Assembly (NCBI RefSeq): GCF_006345805.1
Contig: NC_042999.1
Coordinates: 123,194,001 to 123,258,000 of the forward strand
Length of the DNA stretch: 64,000 nucleotides
DNA from: Octopus sinensis
Lineage: Eukaryota
Direction of reading: 5' to 3'
In this document: in pieces, positions 1 to 12,700 of the stretch
Position numbering within the stretch: position 1 is the first letter of the stretch
Layout: the number at the start of each line of letters is the position of its first letter
The notes under the pieces: model-generated
The model's database searches: none
What the model was told of the DNA's origin: nothing
The model's input: only the letters and a program-made list of their open reading frames with translations
Program-made: the position numbers and the translations under genes

Positions 1-490
1 GATGTTCAGATCAATGGTTCTTTGAATTGAAATCCAAATAATATCAAAATGTTTCCAATATATTGATGTAATAGAGAGTTATATCAATTCTCAAAGCACT
101 CCTCATATAACTAATTATTCACTTGCAAATTTAAAAGAATTAATCTTACCATACTTTTCTTTTAATTCCTTCTATTCATTTTTTTTAATATTGAATATAT
201 GTGTTTTGTAGCAATTTATCATATATTGTTTGAAATAGATTATAATTTCAGGGTAGAAATTATAATTTTTCTCATCTCAGTATGTGTCTATTATCACATG
301 ACTTCATGTCTTTAATATTTTAAAATTTCTAAATGCTTTTACCCACTTTGAATACTACCATTATCATTAACAGAATTGCTTAAATGCATTTTCCTTCTTT
401 CTTTTTTTATGTAATAGCTATTGTTCTCAGTTGTTACCACCTCTCTCTCTATCTGTCTATGTATACATGTGCATATATATATATATGTGT

Positions 491-543
<53 letters not shown>

Positions 544-802
544 ATATATATATTGTACATATTAATTCATGTTATATAAGATTTAAAATGTATTTCTAAC
601 CCATATCATCACTGGGCAGGTAACCAGCATTTTAAAAGATGTGATATCTTCCATTCAATATGATTTCACTGGGTTTTTGCCAAAGTTCTGTCTCTTTATT
701 TTATTTCTTCATTCTCTCTCTTTTCTTCATTATACAAGCTGTTTTCTGTTGATCAGTCTATGTGATTCATTGTACAGTGGCGCCATTACTCCATAAGTAT
801 GT

Positions 803-1001
803 CTATATTTGAAGAGAAAATGCGTGACAATAGTTGCACACTGGCTTCTTCAAACAGAGATATATGAAATTTGACTGAGGATGAATTGGATGATGGCTGC
901 TATTCCATTCTGAAACAAATTCTGTTAGATATTGATCTGCTGTTTGTTCATAGGTTGCTGCATACATCAGGCTGTGTGTAGCTGTTCTTCCACATGGTTG
1001 T
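803..1001 (-). CDS. Candidate terminal exon, unidentified protein (QPCGRTATHSLMYAATYEQ...PVCNYCHAFSLQI*)
   Basis: Acceptor ACTGCTTTTACAG; 199-nt open frame; AATAAA on minus at 695-700; phase-compatible with candidate exon 1296-1364. Confidence 0.3.
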
Positions 1002-1295
1002 CTGTAAAAGCAGTTACGTACACTTGAAATAAATTAACTAGAATCACATTGCTACTACAGTGTGAGCTATTCGTCCAACTTAGCATACAATATTTTTCTG
1101 TTCACTCTGTCACAAGGCTGCTTTACTATTCTCTTGCTACAGATTTACAGAAGATCAGATATACATTTATTTGATTCTATAAGTCTTTCCAATAACCTTC
1201 AGAGGTCATCTTTTTTTCCGTTTTTTCCTTTCTTTCTGTTTTCACATTTTTGTTTTTGCTATCAGAATAGCATCTATATTAATTTTTCATCTTAC

Positions 1296-1364
1296 ATTCT
1301 TCCTTCAGCTCTTCTGTGCTGAAGCTTATCATTTTTGGTGGAAAACTGCACATTATTTAGTGAT
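1296..1364 (-). CDS. Candidate internal exon (SLNNVQFSTKNDKLQHRRAEGR)
   Basis: Acceptor CCTTTATAG, donor GTAAGA, phase 2->2. Competes with an overlapping plus-strand candidate at 1309-1378. Confidence 0.22.
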
Positions 1365-2543
1365 CTATAAAGGTCCGGGTATATGGCATTTGATATTGTT
1401 TGTATTTTTCTTTCTCCTGTGTTTTTTTTTTTTATACATGAAGTAGTTATTGATACATATATCAAGCAATGAACAAATAGTTAGCTGAAAAGCTAGATGG
1501 TTCATTTCAAAAGGATATATCATTTTAGTTTTACTTCAACTTTATCACCTGTAGATACTAGACATGCCAATGGTAATGCCTAGAGGGTGACAGGTTATGA
1601 ATATAAGTCCCGCATATACTTCAGTATATCAGTGAAGATAACTATAATCAAAGTGTATTGTATTTATAGATATGTACACATGTATACGCACTCACGCATT
1701 AATCATATGTAAAACTGTTTACATACAAAATATGTGTGTGAATATATATATACACAATGTTCCTTCAGACTTTTATTCTTCATGAAGTGGTAGAGGAACC
1801 ATCATGATATATGGGAGGTCCCAAGCATTTTTAGACTTGGCAGAAGCCATTCCTATCCAGGTCTGACTACACCTAATGACATCCAGAAAGGAACATAAAA
1901 AGACAGGAAAAAAGGAAAAAGAGAGGGTGAAAGCAAAGAATTAACCCCAATAGGAGATTGACATTTATTGATACCAAAATTATGAAAGGCCAAAGCTTAA
2001 CCTGCCAGTATTTGAATTTAGCGTGAAGAATGCCTCAATGAATAACAAAATGCAATCTTTCTGACACACGAAAAACACTGTCAATGTCACCTAGAGTGTG
2101 TTACTATCATTTAACATCTGCTTTCTATGCTGACATCGGTTGCATAGTCTGATGGGATAAAACAAGACAGATAACTGCATTGAGCTCCAGTGTCTCCTTT
2201 AGCATCATTTCTGGTGCCAGTTCAAAGTACACTTTATGCACTGAGAGATGCATTTTGGGTTACTTAGCTTTCTTCAGTATCAGAATCAGGTACTCAGAGA
2301 GACCATACATGTGTGTGTGTGTGTGTGTGAGTGAGAGAGAGAGTGTGAGTGTGTGTATTATAATAGATACATATGAAGCTATGTGCATTCTCGCTAGGAG
2401 ATTTGGTGAGTTGCTTATTATTGCCAAGTGCAGTAGTAAACATGAAACCAACGGTATCTTCCTGACCAGTCATGTGCCATAACCATGAATATAATACTTT
2501 TCTTATATATATGTGTGTGTGTGTACTTATGTGTATGTGTGTA

Positions 2544-2680
2544 CAGGGGTTGGACAAAATAATGGAAACACCTAGCATCATAATTTTGAAATATCTATAA
2601 AACTGTCAAAAGCTTGTTTATTTTTTAATGTTTTTTGATTTATTATTAATGTTGCTTAATATAGTTTGTTAAAATTGCTA
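2544..2680 (+). mobile_element. Solo terminal fragment of the same Tc1 family
   Basis: TA|CAGGGGTTGGACAAAATAATGGAAACACCTAGCATCATAATTTTGAAATATCTATAAAA matches the reverse complement of 52260-52379. Confidence 0.93.
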
Positions 2681-3209
2681 TTTTACCCCTGCTATTTCCC
2701 CCACTGAAATACGATGTAACTCTCATAACCTGTGGAAATTACTTCTGGAAGTGACTTTCTTTACCTTGGAATTGACGTTTTCACCATTACTTAGTATCTC
2801 TATTATGTTATTTTATTTCATTTTACTATTTTAAATTCTCCTCACATGTTAGATTCCGAACAATACAGCCTCTCTGATGAAGCCCTGGGGCTCAATCATT
2901 GTCCAACTCCTGTCCAATGTTTCTTCAACCTTTGCACAATCCCTGTGTATTACTGGTGTGATGTGGAAAACATGGCGGATTGGACAACCCCATGGTAGAA
3001 ACAGTTGTAAGGGTTTCGTATTCGTTCACTCATTTATTGCTATTCATTTATTTTATTTATCTATATATCTACTTGTTTATTTGCTTATTTTGATCAGTTA
3101 TACTTATGATAGTAATCAATTAATAAATAGATATAAATGAATGTTTACAGGCTGATGTTTGTTGATTGATTATCCTCTCCCTTTTCTTATTTGCCTTATG
3201 TATATGTGC

Positions 3210-3255
<46 letters not shown>

Positions 3256-3403
3256 ATATATACATATATATATGTGTATGTATATATATGTGTATATATA
3301 TATCTATATATACATATATATATGTGTATGTATATATATGTGTGTGTGTGTGTATCTATATATACATATATATATATGTGCATTATGTGTGTATATAAAT
3401 GTA

Positions 3404-3441
<38 letters not shown>

Positions 3442-3552
3442 ACACACACACACACACACACACATATATTTATATACACATATAATGCACACATATATAT
3501 ATATATATGTACGTGTATATATAAATGTATATATGTATATGCATATATATAT

Positions 3553-3780
3553 GTGGAGGCGCAATGGCCTAGTGGTTAGGGCAGCGGACTTGCGGTCGGA
3601 GGATCGCGGTTTCGATTCCCAGACCGGGCGTTGTGTGTGTTTATTGAGCGAAAACACCTAAAAGCTCCACGAGGCTCCGGCAGGAGGTGGTGATCCCTGC
3701 TGTACTCTTTCACCACTCTAAAAGGCGGTGCTCCAGCATGGCCGCAGTCAAATGACTGAAACAAGTACAGAAAGTACAGA
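3553..3780 (+). mobile_element. tRNA-derived SINE (young head, chimeric tail)
   Basis: A-box TGGCCTAGTGG (3565-3575), B-box-like GGTTTCGATTCCC, CpG-rich, followed by GGCGGTGCTCCAGCATGGCCGCAGTC...GAAACAAGTA tail. Confidence 0.85.
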
Positions 3781-4096
3781 AATACCTTTTCTGCTGGCCA
3801 CATCATGTAATTTTTTGAAAACGTTTTATCCTATATTAGGAGTATATATGTATATGCATATATACATATATGTATACACACACACATATAATATATATAT
3901 TAATGTATATATGTGTGTATATAAATTTGTGTATATGTATAAATTTATGTATACATATGTGTATATATATATGCGTATATATACATTTATAAATATATAT
4001 ATATGTGCATATATATATATATGTGTGTATGTGTATATATATATGTATATATAAATATATGTATATATTTATGTGTTTGTATATACATATATGTAT

Positions 4097-4242
4097 ATCA
4101 TGTGACCGACCAGACCATCAGATGTTGTTACACATCGCTGGTCACAATGTGTTCGCATTGTTTTAGCCTTCGAATGTCGCCACCCCGCTGGCTAAGCGAG
4201 CAGGCCAACAGAAGAAAGAGTGGGAGAAAGAGTGCCCGACAC
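4097..4242 (-). mobile_element. SINE 3' body fragment
   Basis: CpG-rich block GTGACCGACCAGACC...GCTAAGCGAGCAGGCCAACAGAAGAAAGAGTG inside a microsatellite; family assignment from recall. Confidence 0.65.
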
Positions 4243-4426
4243 TCAGGTACAAACTGTGATTGCAGTTTTGGTTGCATGTATTAGTATAGTTATGTTAGAA
4301 AACTCGTAGTTGACTCACTGAAAACATCATTAAGATTAAAATAAAAATTATCCCCAACAAAAAGCCATCTCTGCTTATTTTTCCAAATATATATGTTACT
4401 GTACCAGGAACTTTCTCTTCATTATT

Positions 4427-4558
4427 CTTGGCATCCAGCTGTAGAAACACTGCCAGATCTGACTGGCCTGGTGCAGCCTTCGGGCTTGCCAGACCCCAGT
4501 TGAACCGTCCAACCCATGCTAGCATGGAAAGCAGACGTTAAACGATGATGGTGATGAT
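4427..4558 (+). mobile_element. RTE-tail repeat copy
   Basis: GGCATCCAGCTGTAGAAAC...CCAACCCATGCTAGCATGGAAAGCAGACGTTAAACGATGATG matches 57670-57800. Confidence 0.9.
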
Positions 4559-4616
4559 ACACACACACACACACACATATACGCACACTCATATATACAT
4601 ATACACACACATATAT

Positions 4617-4676
<60 letters not shown>

Positions 4677-5095
4677 CACACACACTTACATATACATATA
4701 CACATATAAACACATATATATATATACACACACACACTTACATATACATATACACATATAAACACACATATAAATATACACACACACATCCACACACACA
4801 CATATATACACATATAAATATACACACACATTGTTAAAAAGTGATGATGAACAATGGCAAGAAGAATATTGAGATTTTTTTGATAACCAGTTGATGTAGC
4901 AAGCGGGGCCCAGTGGGCATTAATGCCGTCACGAGGTAGGCGCTGAAACAGCATGCATTCTCTCCTGATGACCCCATGCACTTGCTGGCTTCTGGTATAC
5001 AGAACTTTCAACTGGTATTATTTGCATGTGCAAGTTGTTTGCAAAACATACATATATATATATATGTATGTTTATATACATATGTATAATATTTG

Positions 5096-5168
<73 letters not shown>

Positions 5169-5344
5169 ATATGTGTGTGGATATGTATATATATGTATGT
5201 ATATATGTGTGTGGATATGTATATATATATATGTGTGTATGTATATATGTGTGTGTGTGTATGTATATATATATATGTGTGTGTATGTATATATGTGTGT
5301 GTATGTATATATGTGTGTATGTATATATTTGTGTGTGAATGTGT

Positions 5345-5375
<31 letters not shown>

Positions 5376-5378
<3 letters not shown>

Positions 5379-5880
5379 TCGTTTAACGTCTGCTTTCCAT
5401 GCTGGAATGGGTTGGATGGCCTTACTGAGGATCTGTGAGCCAGAAGGCTGCCCCAGTCTCCAATCTGATCTGGCAAAATTTCTACACCTGGATGCCCTTC
5501 CAAACGCCAACCACTCCAAGAGTGTAGTAGGTACTTTTATGTGCCACCAGCACAGTCAAGCAGTTCTGGTAACGACCATGCTCAAAAGGTGTTTTTTATG
5601 TCTTACCTGCATGGAAGCCAGTCTGGCTGCACTGGCAATGATCACACTTGAAGTGGTTTTTGACGTGCCACCAGCACGTGCCAGTAATGCGATGCTGGCA
5701 ATGATCACACTCAAATGGTGCTTCTTACATGCCACTGGCATTGGATCCAATCAGTGGCCCTGGAAACAATCTCACTCGGATGGTGCTTCTAACGTTCCAC
5801 TGGCACGAGTGTCAATCAGATGGTACGGTCATTGGCCATGTCAGCAATTTTGATTTTGATTTCACTTGCCTCGACAGTGG
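5376..5880 (-). mobile_element. RTE LINE 3' UTR/tail fragment
   Basis: Starts CATCGTTTAACGTCTGCTTTCCATGC. 5830-5878 matches the reverse complement of the LINE 3' UTR near 57490-57540. Internal short repeats (GTGCCACCAGCA, CTGGCAATGATCACAC). Confidence 0.85.
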
Positions 5881-6069
5881 GGTTATTCCTCACCTGCCTA
5901 TTTCTTACTGAATTTATTATAAAGTTATAACTAAAAGGGTGATAATATCTCCTATGTATATGGGGGTTCCATTGTTCAACAGGCTCACTTACTGACGGAA
6001 TGTCAATATTTAATTTAGTCAAGCCTGGAAAGAGTTTATGTAGTTTATTTTAAAATATTGTATTTCTTA

Positions 6070-6500
6070 TATAATTAATGTTCTTATGGAAACTACTGTT
6101 CTTGAGTGCTGTGTTATATAACGATGCATAATTATTGAAAATTCTTTCACTAGCTGAAAGATTAGATATTCTTATAGATCCCTCTTTAATTACTCCATCT
6201 ATAACACTTCAGTGGGTGATTTGACATATTATTAATTTACTTTATTGTTTTATGTAGTTTGTTATAAGGGGAGAACAAACCACTATTGAGATTTAAGGTA
6301 ACATCCAGAAAGTTTACTACCTTTATGATATTTTGAAATGTTACGTCTAAATTGAATTCCTTAAAAAATTTATCAAAGCTTTTCTAGTCCTATCCACAGT
6401 TATCAAAGGAGAGCCAGTTAATGCGAATAATGCATCATCCTTATATAACTGACTTTCAATGTTAGGGAACTTTTCCTTTATTCTTGAGAACAGAAATAAG
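6070..6500 (-). mobile_element. Penelope-like element (PLE) reverse transcriptase remnant
   Basis: QLYKDDALF (YxDD), FKEFNLDVTFQNIIKVVNFLDVTLNLNSGLFSPY, SNHP, SIRISNLSASERIFNNYASLYNTALKNSSF across frameshifts; typical PLE RT/thumb motifs. May extend to about 5885. Confidence 0.85.
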
Positions 6501-6504
6501 CCGA

Positions 6505-6550
6505 CCAAGGCTACTAAACCCAAGATTCCAAGTTCGATTCCAGGCAGTGA

Positions 6551-6595
<45 letters not shown>

Positions 6596-6740
6596 TAATA
6601 ACATTAAAAAATACCTTAGGAATGAGAACCCAGGTTTGAAATTTCCCCAAGGCACCTGATGAAGGCTGGTGAGTATATCAGCCGAAACGTTGTGTTAACA
6701 AAGATGAGGACAAATATATCAAATGTAAATAATGTAGGTA
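6505..6740 (+). mobile_element. tRNA-headed repeat with (AAT)n and PLE-type tail
   Basis: B-box-like GTTCGATTCC near 6531-6540, (AAT)n 6555-6600, then ...CCTGATGAAGGCTG...CAGCCGAAACGTTGTGTT... tail. Confidence 0.75.
6651..6696 (+). ncRNA. Type I hammerhead-ribozyme-like motif (minimal, palindromic stem III)
   Basis: GGCAC-CTGATGA-A-GGCTG(10-nt loop)CAGCC-GAAAC-GTT-GTGTT. Stem I GGCAC/GTGTT, 5-bp stem II, palindrome AACGTT at 6686-6691. Confidence 0.65.
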
Positions 6741-7077
6741 AGATTGATAAAACTTTAAACCTCAGTAACATTTTTCTGCAATTTTTCTGGAACAAATAAA
6801 TAGCAGTCAAATTTAACAGGGAAAATTATTTCAATATATCAAATTTGAATATTTTGCTGTAATTTTAAAATTTCTCAATTTGTGACAGCCATAGGGAAGA
6901 CCCTACAAAAGTAGAGAGGCAGACAGATAGGATGTGACACACATACACACACGCACACAAGTAATCATGAGTTTAGAATGGTGTATAGTGGACATGTGTA
7001 TGTACATGTATATGTGTGTGTCTGTGTGTAAGTGTTACTTTGTGATGGACAGCAGAAAAATCACCATATTATATATA

Positions 7078-7108
<31 letters not shown>

Positions 7109-7227
7109 ATATATAAGTGTGTGTATGTATGTGTATATATATATATATACTTATATACACACATAATACATACATATGTATGTGCATGTCTGTGTGTATA
7201 TATCATCCACATATATTTATGTGTGTT

Positions 7228-7420
7228 TTCTCTTTTGCTAGTTTCAATCATCGGACTGTGCGGGGAAGGGTTTAGTCAAACAAATTCAACCCATTACTTA
7301 ACTCTTTTAAGCCTAATACATATTTTGTTGATTTTTATTTGCCAAACTGTTCAGCTTGGGAAATATAAACAAACCAACACCAGTCACCAAGAGATGGTAA
7401 GGGACATAAAACAAAAACAA
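7228..7420. mobile_element. Degenerate SINE
   Basis: TTTCAATCATCGGACTG...AAGCCTAATACATATT...GCCAAACTG...AACACCAGTCACCAAG resembles a common repeat; its start is the reverse complement of the 3740-3770 tail. Confidence 0.55.
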
Positions 7421-7498
7421 AGACAGACATGCTTTGTCAGCCCAGGGCTGCAGTAGAAGACACTTGCTAAAAGTGCTATGTGGTCGGGAACTAAGCAA

Positions 7499-8150
7499 AA
7501 TCACCCTGGAAGTGAACAAGAATGACAGATCTCAAAGTCTTTACTGCTCATCAATATCATATACTTATCCCACTTCTGAAACAAATTTGAAATAGCCTGC
7601 TAGAAGCATATACAGATAATATAAATTCTATTTTCTGATATGCTATAGCACGGCACAAGTAGAACAAATTTCAAATTCTGTGTTATATGCAGCTCAGTAA
7701 TGTAAGCAATATCAGTATCACGTATTTAATCTATATGTGTTGTTAAACAGTACTAGCTGAGGAACTTTGTCTAATGGAAGTTCCTTTAAAGTTGTATTCT
7801 GCTAAAAGACAGACTATTTCAAAACTATGTGAATGAAAACAACGGTTATTGATATTTCACAGTTTTTGCTGTTCATTGGTATCATATACTCACCCCACTT
7901 CTGAAGCATATTCAAGATAGCCAGTTAGCTGTATATACAAATAGTGTAAAATCTACTTCCTGGTGTGCAAATTTGCTTTTTATTTTTCCTGCATGTTACT
8001 ATTTTACAACAACGAACAGATTTTACACTGTTTGTATATACTTCTAGCTGGCTATTTTGAATTCATTTTGAAAGTGAGGAGGATATATGACATCATGGAG
8101 CAGCAACATCTGCAAAATGCCTGGCATTCTTGTTCACTTCTAGGGTGATT
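7499..8150. mobile_element. Degenerate MITE-like element with about 130-bp inverted arms and an internal third copy
   Basis: 7499-7630 is inverted relative to 8017-8150 (AATCACCCT[G/A]GAAGTGAACAAGAATG). 7858-7955 is another copy of part of the arm. Confidence 0.65.
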
Positions 8151-8277
8151 CTGTACTGCCTCTTTGAAGTGTATTGTGTTTTTTAACTGAACATATCTTT
8201 AAAGTAACATCCTTTAGATGAAATATCACAGCTACTAGCATTTAACAATAGACATACATTAAGTATGTTATTGATAT

Positions 8278-8326
<49 letters not shown>

Positions 8327-8913
8327 ATCTAAGAAAAGAAAATATATACATACACACACACACATTTATATTTTCTTTGATAACAGATGGACTCATGTAG
8401 TTGATGAATATTATCAAAGTGGTCGGGTACCATGTCCAGCCATAGAAATATATTCCCTTGCTTGGAAACAGAGGTGGGTTGGTGACAGAAAGACTGTTCA
8501 GCCATAGTAAATCTGCCTTAATATTATGTTTGACCTTTGTATGCATGGAGAAGTGGACATGAAATGTGTGTATGTGCATGTGTGCATACCTGTGAGTGAG
8601 TGCATGTGTATCTGTGTTATTTACATATTGTTTGCTTGTGTATATATTTGTATGTACATATACATGCTCATGCTCACACACACACATACATACAAGACAG
8701 AGGAGTGTGTACATGTCTTTGTTTAAAGACAAGGGATACATACACACACATACATGCACACACTCATATATATATATGTATACATGACTGTATGTAAATT
8801 CATTCATATACATTCCTAACCTTCTGAATTCCTCTCACATCACTGATGCAAATGAGATTTAAGTCTCTCTTATTTACTACTATAATGAATGCTATGGCTG
8901 CCCATAGCTTTTG

Positions 8914-8947
<34 letters not shown>

Positions 8948-9736
8948 ACTCGGAATAATCTATACTGAACTAACAGTATTGTGATTTTAGAAAAAAAAAA
9001 CAAAAAAAAAAATAGAATGATTGATATGATAATATTTTCTAGTAATAATAGGTTCTTCACGTTATGTGAATGTGCATACTCTTACAATAGAAATCAATTA
9101 CAGCAGAATAAATCGCTGGACCTAACATTTGAAATTTATTTTTAAACTCTATCTAAGGGAGAAAACTAAGAATATAGTTGTAAATTTCTATATATTCATC
9201 GATAGTATTTGACAACTAAATGTTAACACCATACTCATTAGCATTTTCAAAGCAACTTCAATTATTTTTAAATAAATTTTTTAAATCCATTTATCTGCTA
9301 TCTTATTTTAATTGAACAAACTTTTAAGTTACTGTCTTTTATGCAATTAATATTCTTTGGGAAATGTTGTTTTCTACTAAATATGCCTGTAAAAGATGTA
9401 TGTATTCCATCATCATCATCATTTTCGTTATCATCACATGCTCATTTCCCATATTACCATTGGTTAGATGAGATTTTTTTGAGGCATGTTTTAGGGTCAG
9501 TTCATTTTTCCTGGTGCCAGCTCTTATTTTCAAGGAATTTATTCTTTTAGCTTTGCCATTCCAGACCAACAATTTGCAGATATATTGTTTATGTAGGACA
9601 CAACCAAGTGTCACTACTTACATGTTATGCCAATGAGAACACTTTCAAAGATACACACACACACACAGACTCTTACATGAACACATGCATGTGCGCACAC
9701 ACACACACACAGACTCTTACATGAGCACATGCATGT

Positions 9737-9777
<41 letters not shown>

Positions 9778-12700
9778 CATATACATACATCCAAACAAGT
9801 CAGGTTTCTGTACGGATTTTATTTACCAAATTACACTCACATGGCATGAAGTCATTGATTACCCAAGGTGCCATGCATGCATAAATGAAAGAAAATGTGC
9901 AAATGAAAGGAATATGCTTATGAAAGAGAATAAACTAAGATTCCGCTGGGACTTCCACCCTCGCCTCATTGTAGATGTGTTGGTGTAAATGACATTTCAG
10001 TGTTTTGATCTGTTTTGTTTAAAGATATACACAAATATTTGCAAGTCGGTCCTTGATTAACCATCATTAAATTGCATACATGTTTGCGTGCTTATATGCA
10101 TAAATAAAGTCTTATGTTAGAGAATCTATAAGTTATATTCATAATTTATATGCTTGTTTTCAACTTTTACTATAACCTATTCTCATTGAAATTGGTTGCT
10201 TCTTTAGAATTACATTCAACTGCAGGAATATTTTTCATATTATAGGCTTTTTTCTAAAGGTTAACAAATTAAGGAAACTACCTCATAATCACAATGTCTT
10301 GTTTTTAACGGTGATATCTATTTAAAAATTGTTTTAATTTACTTACATCTCATTAAGTAGTTAATTATATTTTATTTATTATGAGATGTTTGGAGAGAAA
10401 ACCACTTTCAGTGTCTAACTTATTTTCATAAAACTTTGTGTTTTTATAAGCTCTAAGTTTAGCATTTATCAAGCCATCTTTGAAAATAGCAATCAATATG
10501 TATTACATAATATTTTAGTTGGTATAAATAATTGACTGATGGTTATTATTTTCTCAAGGAATTTTTATCCTGTTTGTTCGTTCTATATGCTGATTAAAAG
10601 TGTGTTGTAGTTTAAGGGGAAGCAGTATTGTGGGATATGGTGACAAAAGATAACTAGATTTTATTTAAAATGTCTACAATGGCAGTGAATGGATATGGTG
10701 TGATATAGCAGATATGAAAAGAATAATGAAAGCTGGATTCTAAACAGAGAAACACCCTGTCAGCATTTTAATCTAAGAGCTGTAAAGAAAAATGGAACGT
10801 TTCAGTTGATATTGTATTTTATTCTGAATAGGAAACAGTTAATTGCAAGCTTCTCATTATCAAATATACTAAGTTCTGTAACTTCAGAATACATCATGTT
10901 GAGCAGTCATTGGATGTATGAGAAATATTTCTTGTTCTCTTCTTTATGAAATTGGACTAAATTTAAATTGGTTCCAGTATATACTTTAAAAGTCTTAATT
11001 CAAAATCGAAGTTCCAGACATATGAGGGTTTTATTTTTTCAGAATAAGGGAGGATAGTTCAACTACTCTGCTTCCATTGTAGGGGGTCTTGTTGATACTA
11101 ATCATCTTGAAATTATGTGCTATACAATAGGTTACTTTCTTTGCTGCTTGGATAAGTGCTCTATTTTTAGCCACTAAGAAAGAAATTGATTGTAAGATAC
11201 AATTACATCTGTTTACTAAGTTTTCCATAATATTAAAGAGAAATGACATAGCAAAATATTTCAAGCAATCTAAAGTGCTCTTTTCTTCCTTCAATATACT
11301 AAATTGAAGAATGCATGTAATGGTAATATGGTCTGAGTGGCTTGGAATGGAGAAAATTGAATTTGAATGCATACAATATCAGGATGGTGCTACTTCTATT
11401 ATCTAAGGCATTCACTTTCATAGTGACAGAAAGTTAAACTTTGCAGATGATTGGATAAACTTGACACATTATAATGACTCTTCCCAGTGTTGTTAGTGCA
11501 TTCTTTTCCCTTGATTTTAGCTTTCATTCCATTGTATAGTTCTTTTAAAATAAATCTCAGTCATATTTGCTTTCATATATAACACAAAAGTATGAAGGTA
11601 CACTCTCATTGTATTTAATATGTTCAACCAACAATGGCAAGTTTATATTAGTAATTTATCATTGAACATAACTTATTTTTGTTTCTTAAAAGTATTCTGT
11701 GGTTTGGTTGAAAAATTTATATTTCCATTTGAAATTTATTCATAAGTTGTGTGTGAGTGTGTTGCCATTCTTCATTTACATCTTGTTTGTTGTGTACCAC
11801 CATAGTAACTTATCAGCATATTGAATGTCATTTCCATTTGGTGAAAAATGCAATATTAGAATAAAGATAAACTGTATATAAAATTTACTGGCTATTCAAG
11901 AGAAGAAAAAAAAATTGAAAGAAAAAATACAATGCAATTAATTTCATGAATATATTAAACATTCATTTTAGAATCATCTCTTGTACATGTTTTTCTTAGA
12001 ATAGAAATGTAAAATTAGAATTTGGAACTGCAGTGATTTTCCTTACTTTTTTTTTTTCTTTTTGTTATTTTGTATCAAAAGAAAATTAAATTAATTTATT
12101 CATTCGAACACTTTCTGTGAAGCTTGAAATTGATTCCATGACATATTTTCCATAGTTGAAGAATTTCACATTTCAGAATTAATACTTTAACCAAGCTAAG
12201 TCAACTTAAATCAGTATGTCAATCCATCAATATGCTTACACACACTTAATAAAACCTTCACTAGTTAAAGTTTTGTCATATTTTTTCACATGAGATTGAA
12301 TTAAAAATGATTTTCTATTTTTTTTATTTCCCCTCATGTTGGTTTATCCCATTTACACTTCATGATAAAATACTATATCAGTTTATATTCATTGATTGGT
12401 TTTTAAATTATTGGACAATGACTTACGAAGGAAAAGTAACCTTGGTCATTCTTGCCACTGATTATTTTTATTTTATTTTATTTTTTTTTTTAGATAGACT
12501 CAAACTCGCTAAGAGTTTTCAGTTAGTCTGCAGCTTTGAAGTTCCCTAAAATATAATGAGTTGATATTCTTATTTGTCTATTTTGTATAAAGTGATGCAA
12601 AATGAAAATATTTCACAGTAAAATCTAGATAAGTTAAAAAGTGTATTGTTAGCTGTGGGATTCATAAGTGTTTTACCACAGGAAAGATCCTTCTCAGATT

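Larger units (their letters stand above)
3190..5375. repeat. Compound (TA)n/(TG)n/(CA)n microsatellite field with embedded SINEs
   Basis: Direct inspection; explains the YI/CV-rich ORFs. Confidence 0.98.

Noticed and set aside
1309-1378. + exon candidate LFCAEAYHFWWKTAHYLVIYKGP
   Set aside because: Overlaps an equally good - strand candidate, and its downstream partners proved repeat-derived.
3553-3640. tRNA gene (also 41905, 49957)
   Set aside because: A/B boxes present but no acceptor stem or T-run terminator; runs into a SINE body.
339-5853. Many 60-275 aa ORFs rich in YI/CV/HT (also at 35398, 38283-38783, 40803-41526, 53215, 56014)
   Set aside because: Translations of dinucleotide microsatellites, which lack stop codons.
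5993-6024. - exon candidate LTKLNIDIPS with a perfect GTAAGT donor
   Set aside because: Lies in the probable PLE linker continuing from the RT remnant; no independent support.
6154-6211. + exon candidate ERLDILIDPSLITPSITL
   Set aside because: Antisense of the PLE RT remnant.
8387-8473. Attractive + exon WTHVVDEYYQSGRVPCPAIEIYSLAWKQ
   Set aside because: Its 3' half and donor match a repeat also seen near 29315-29360 and 58745-58780.
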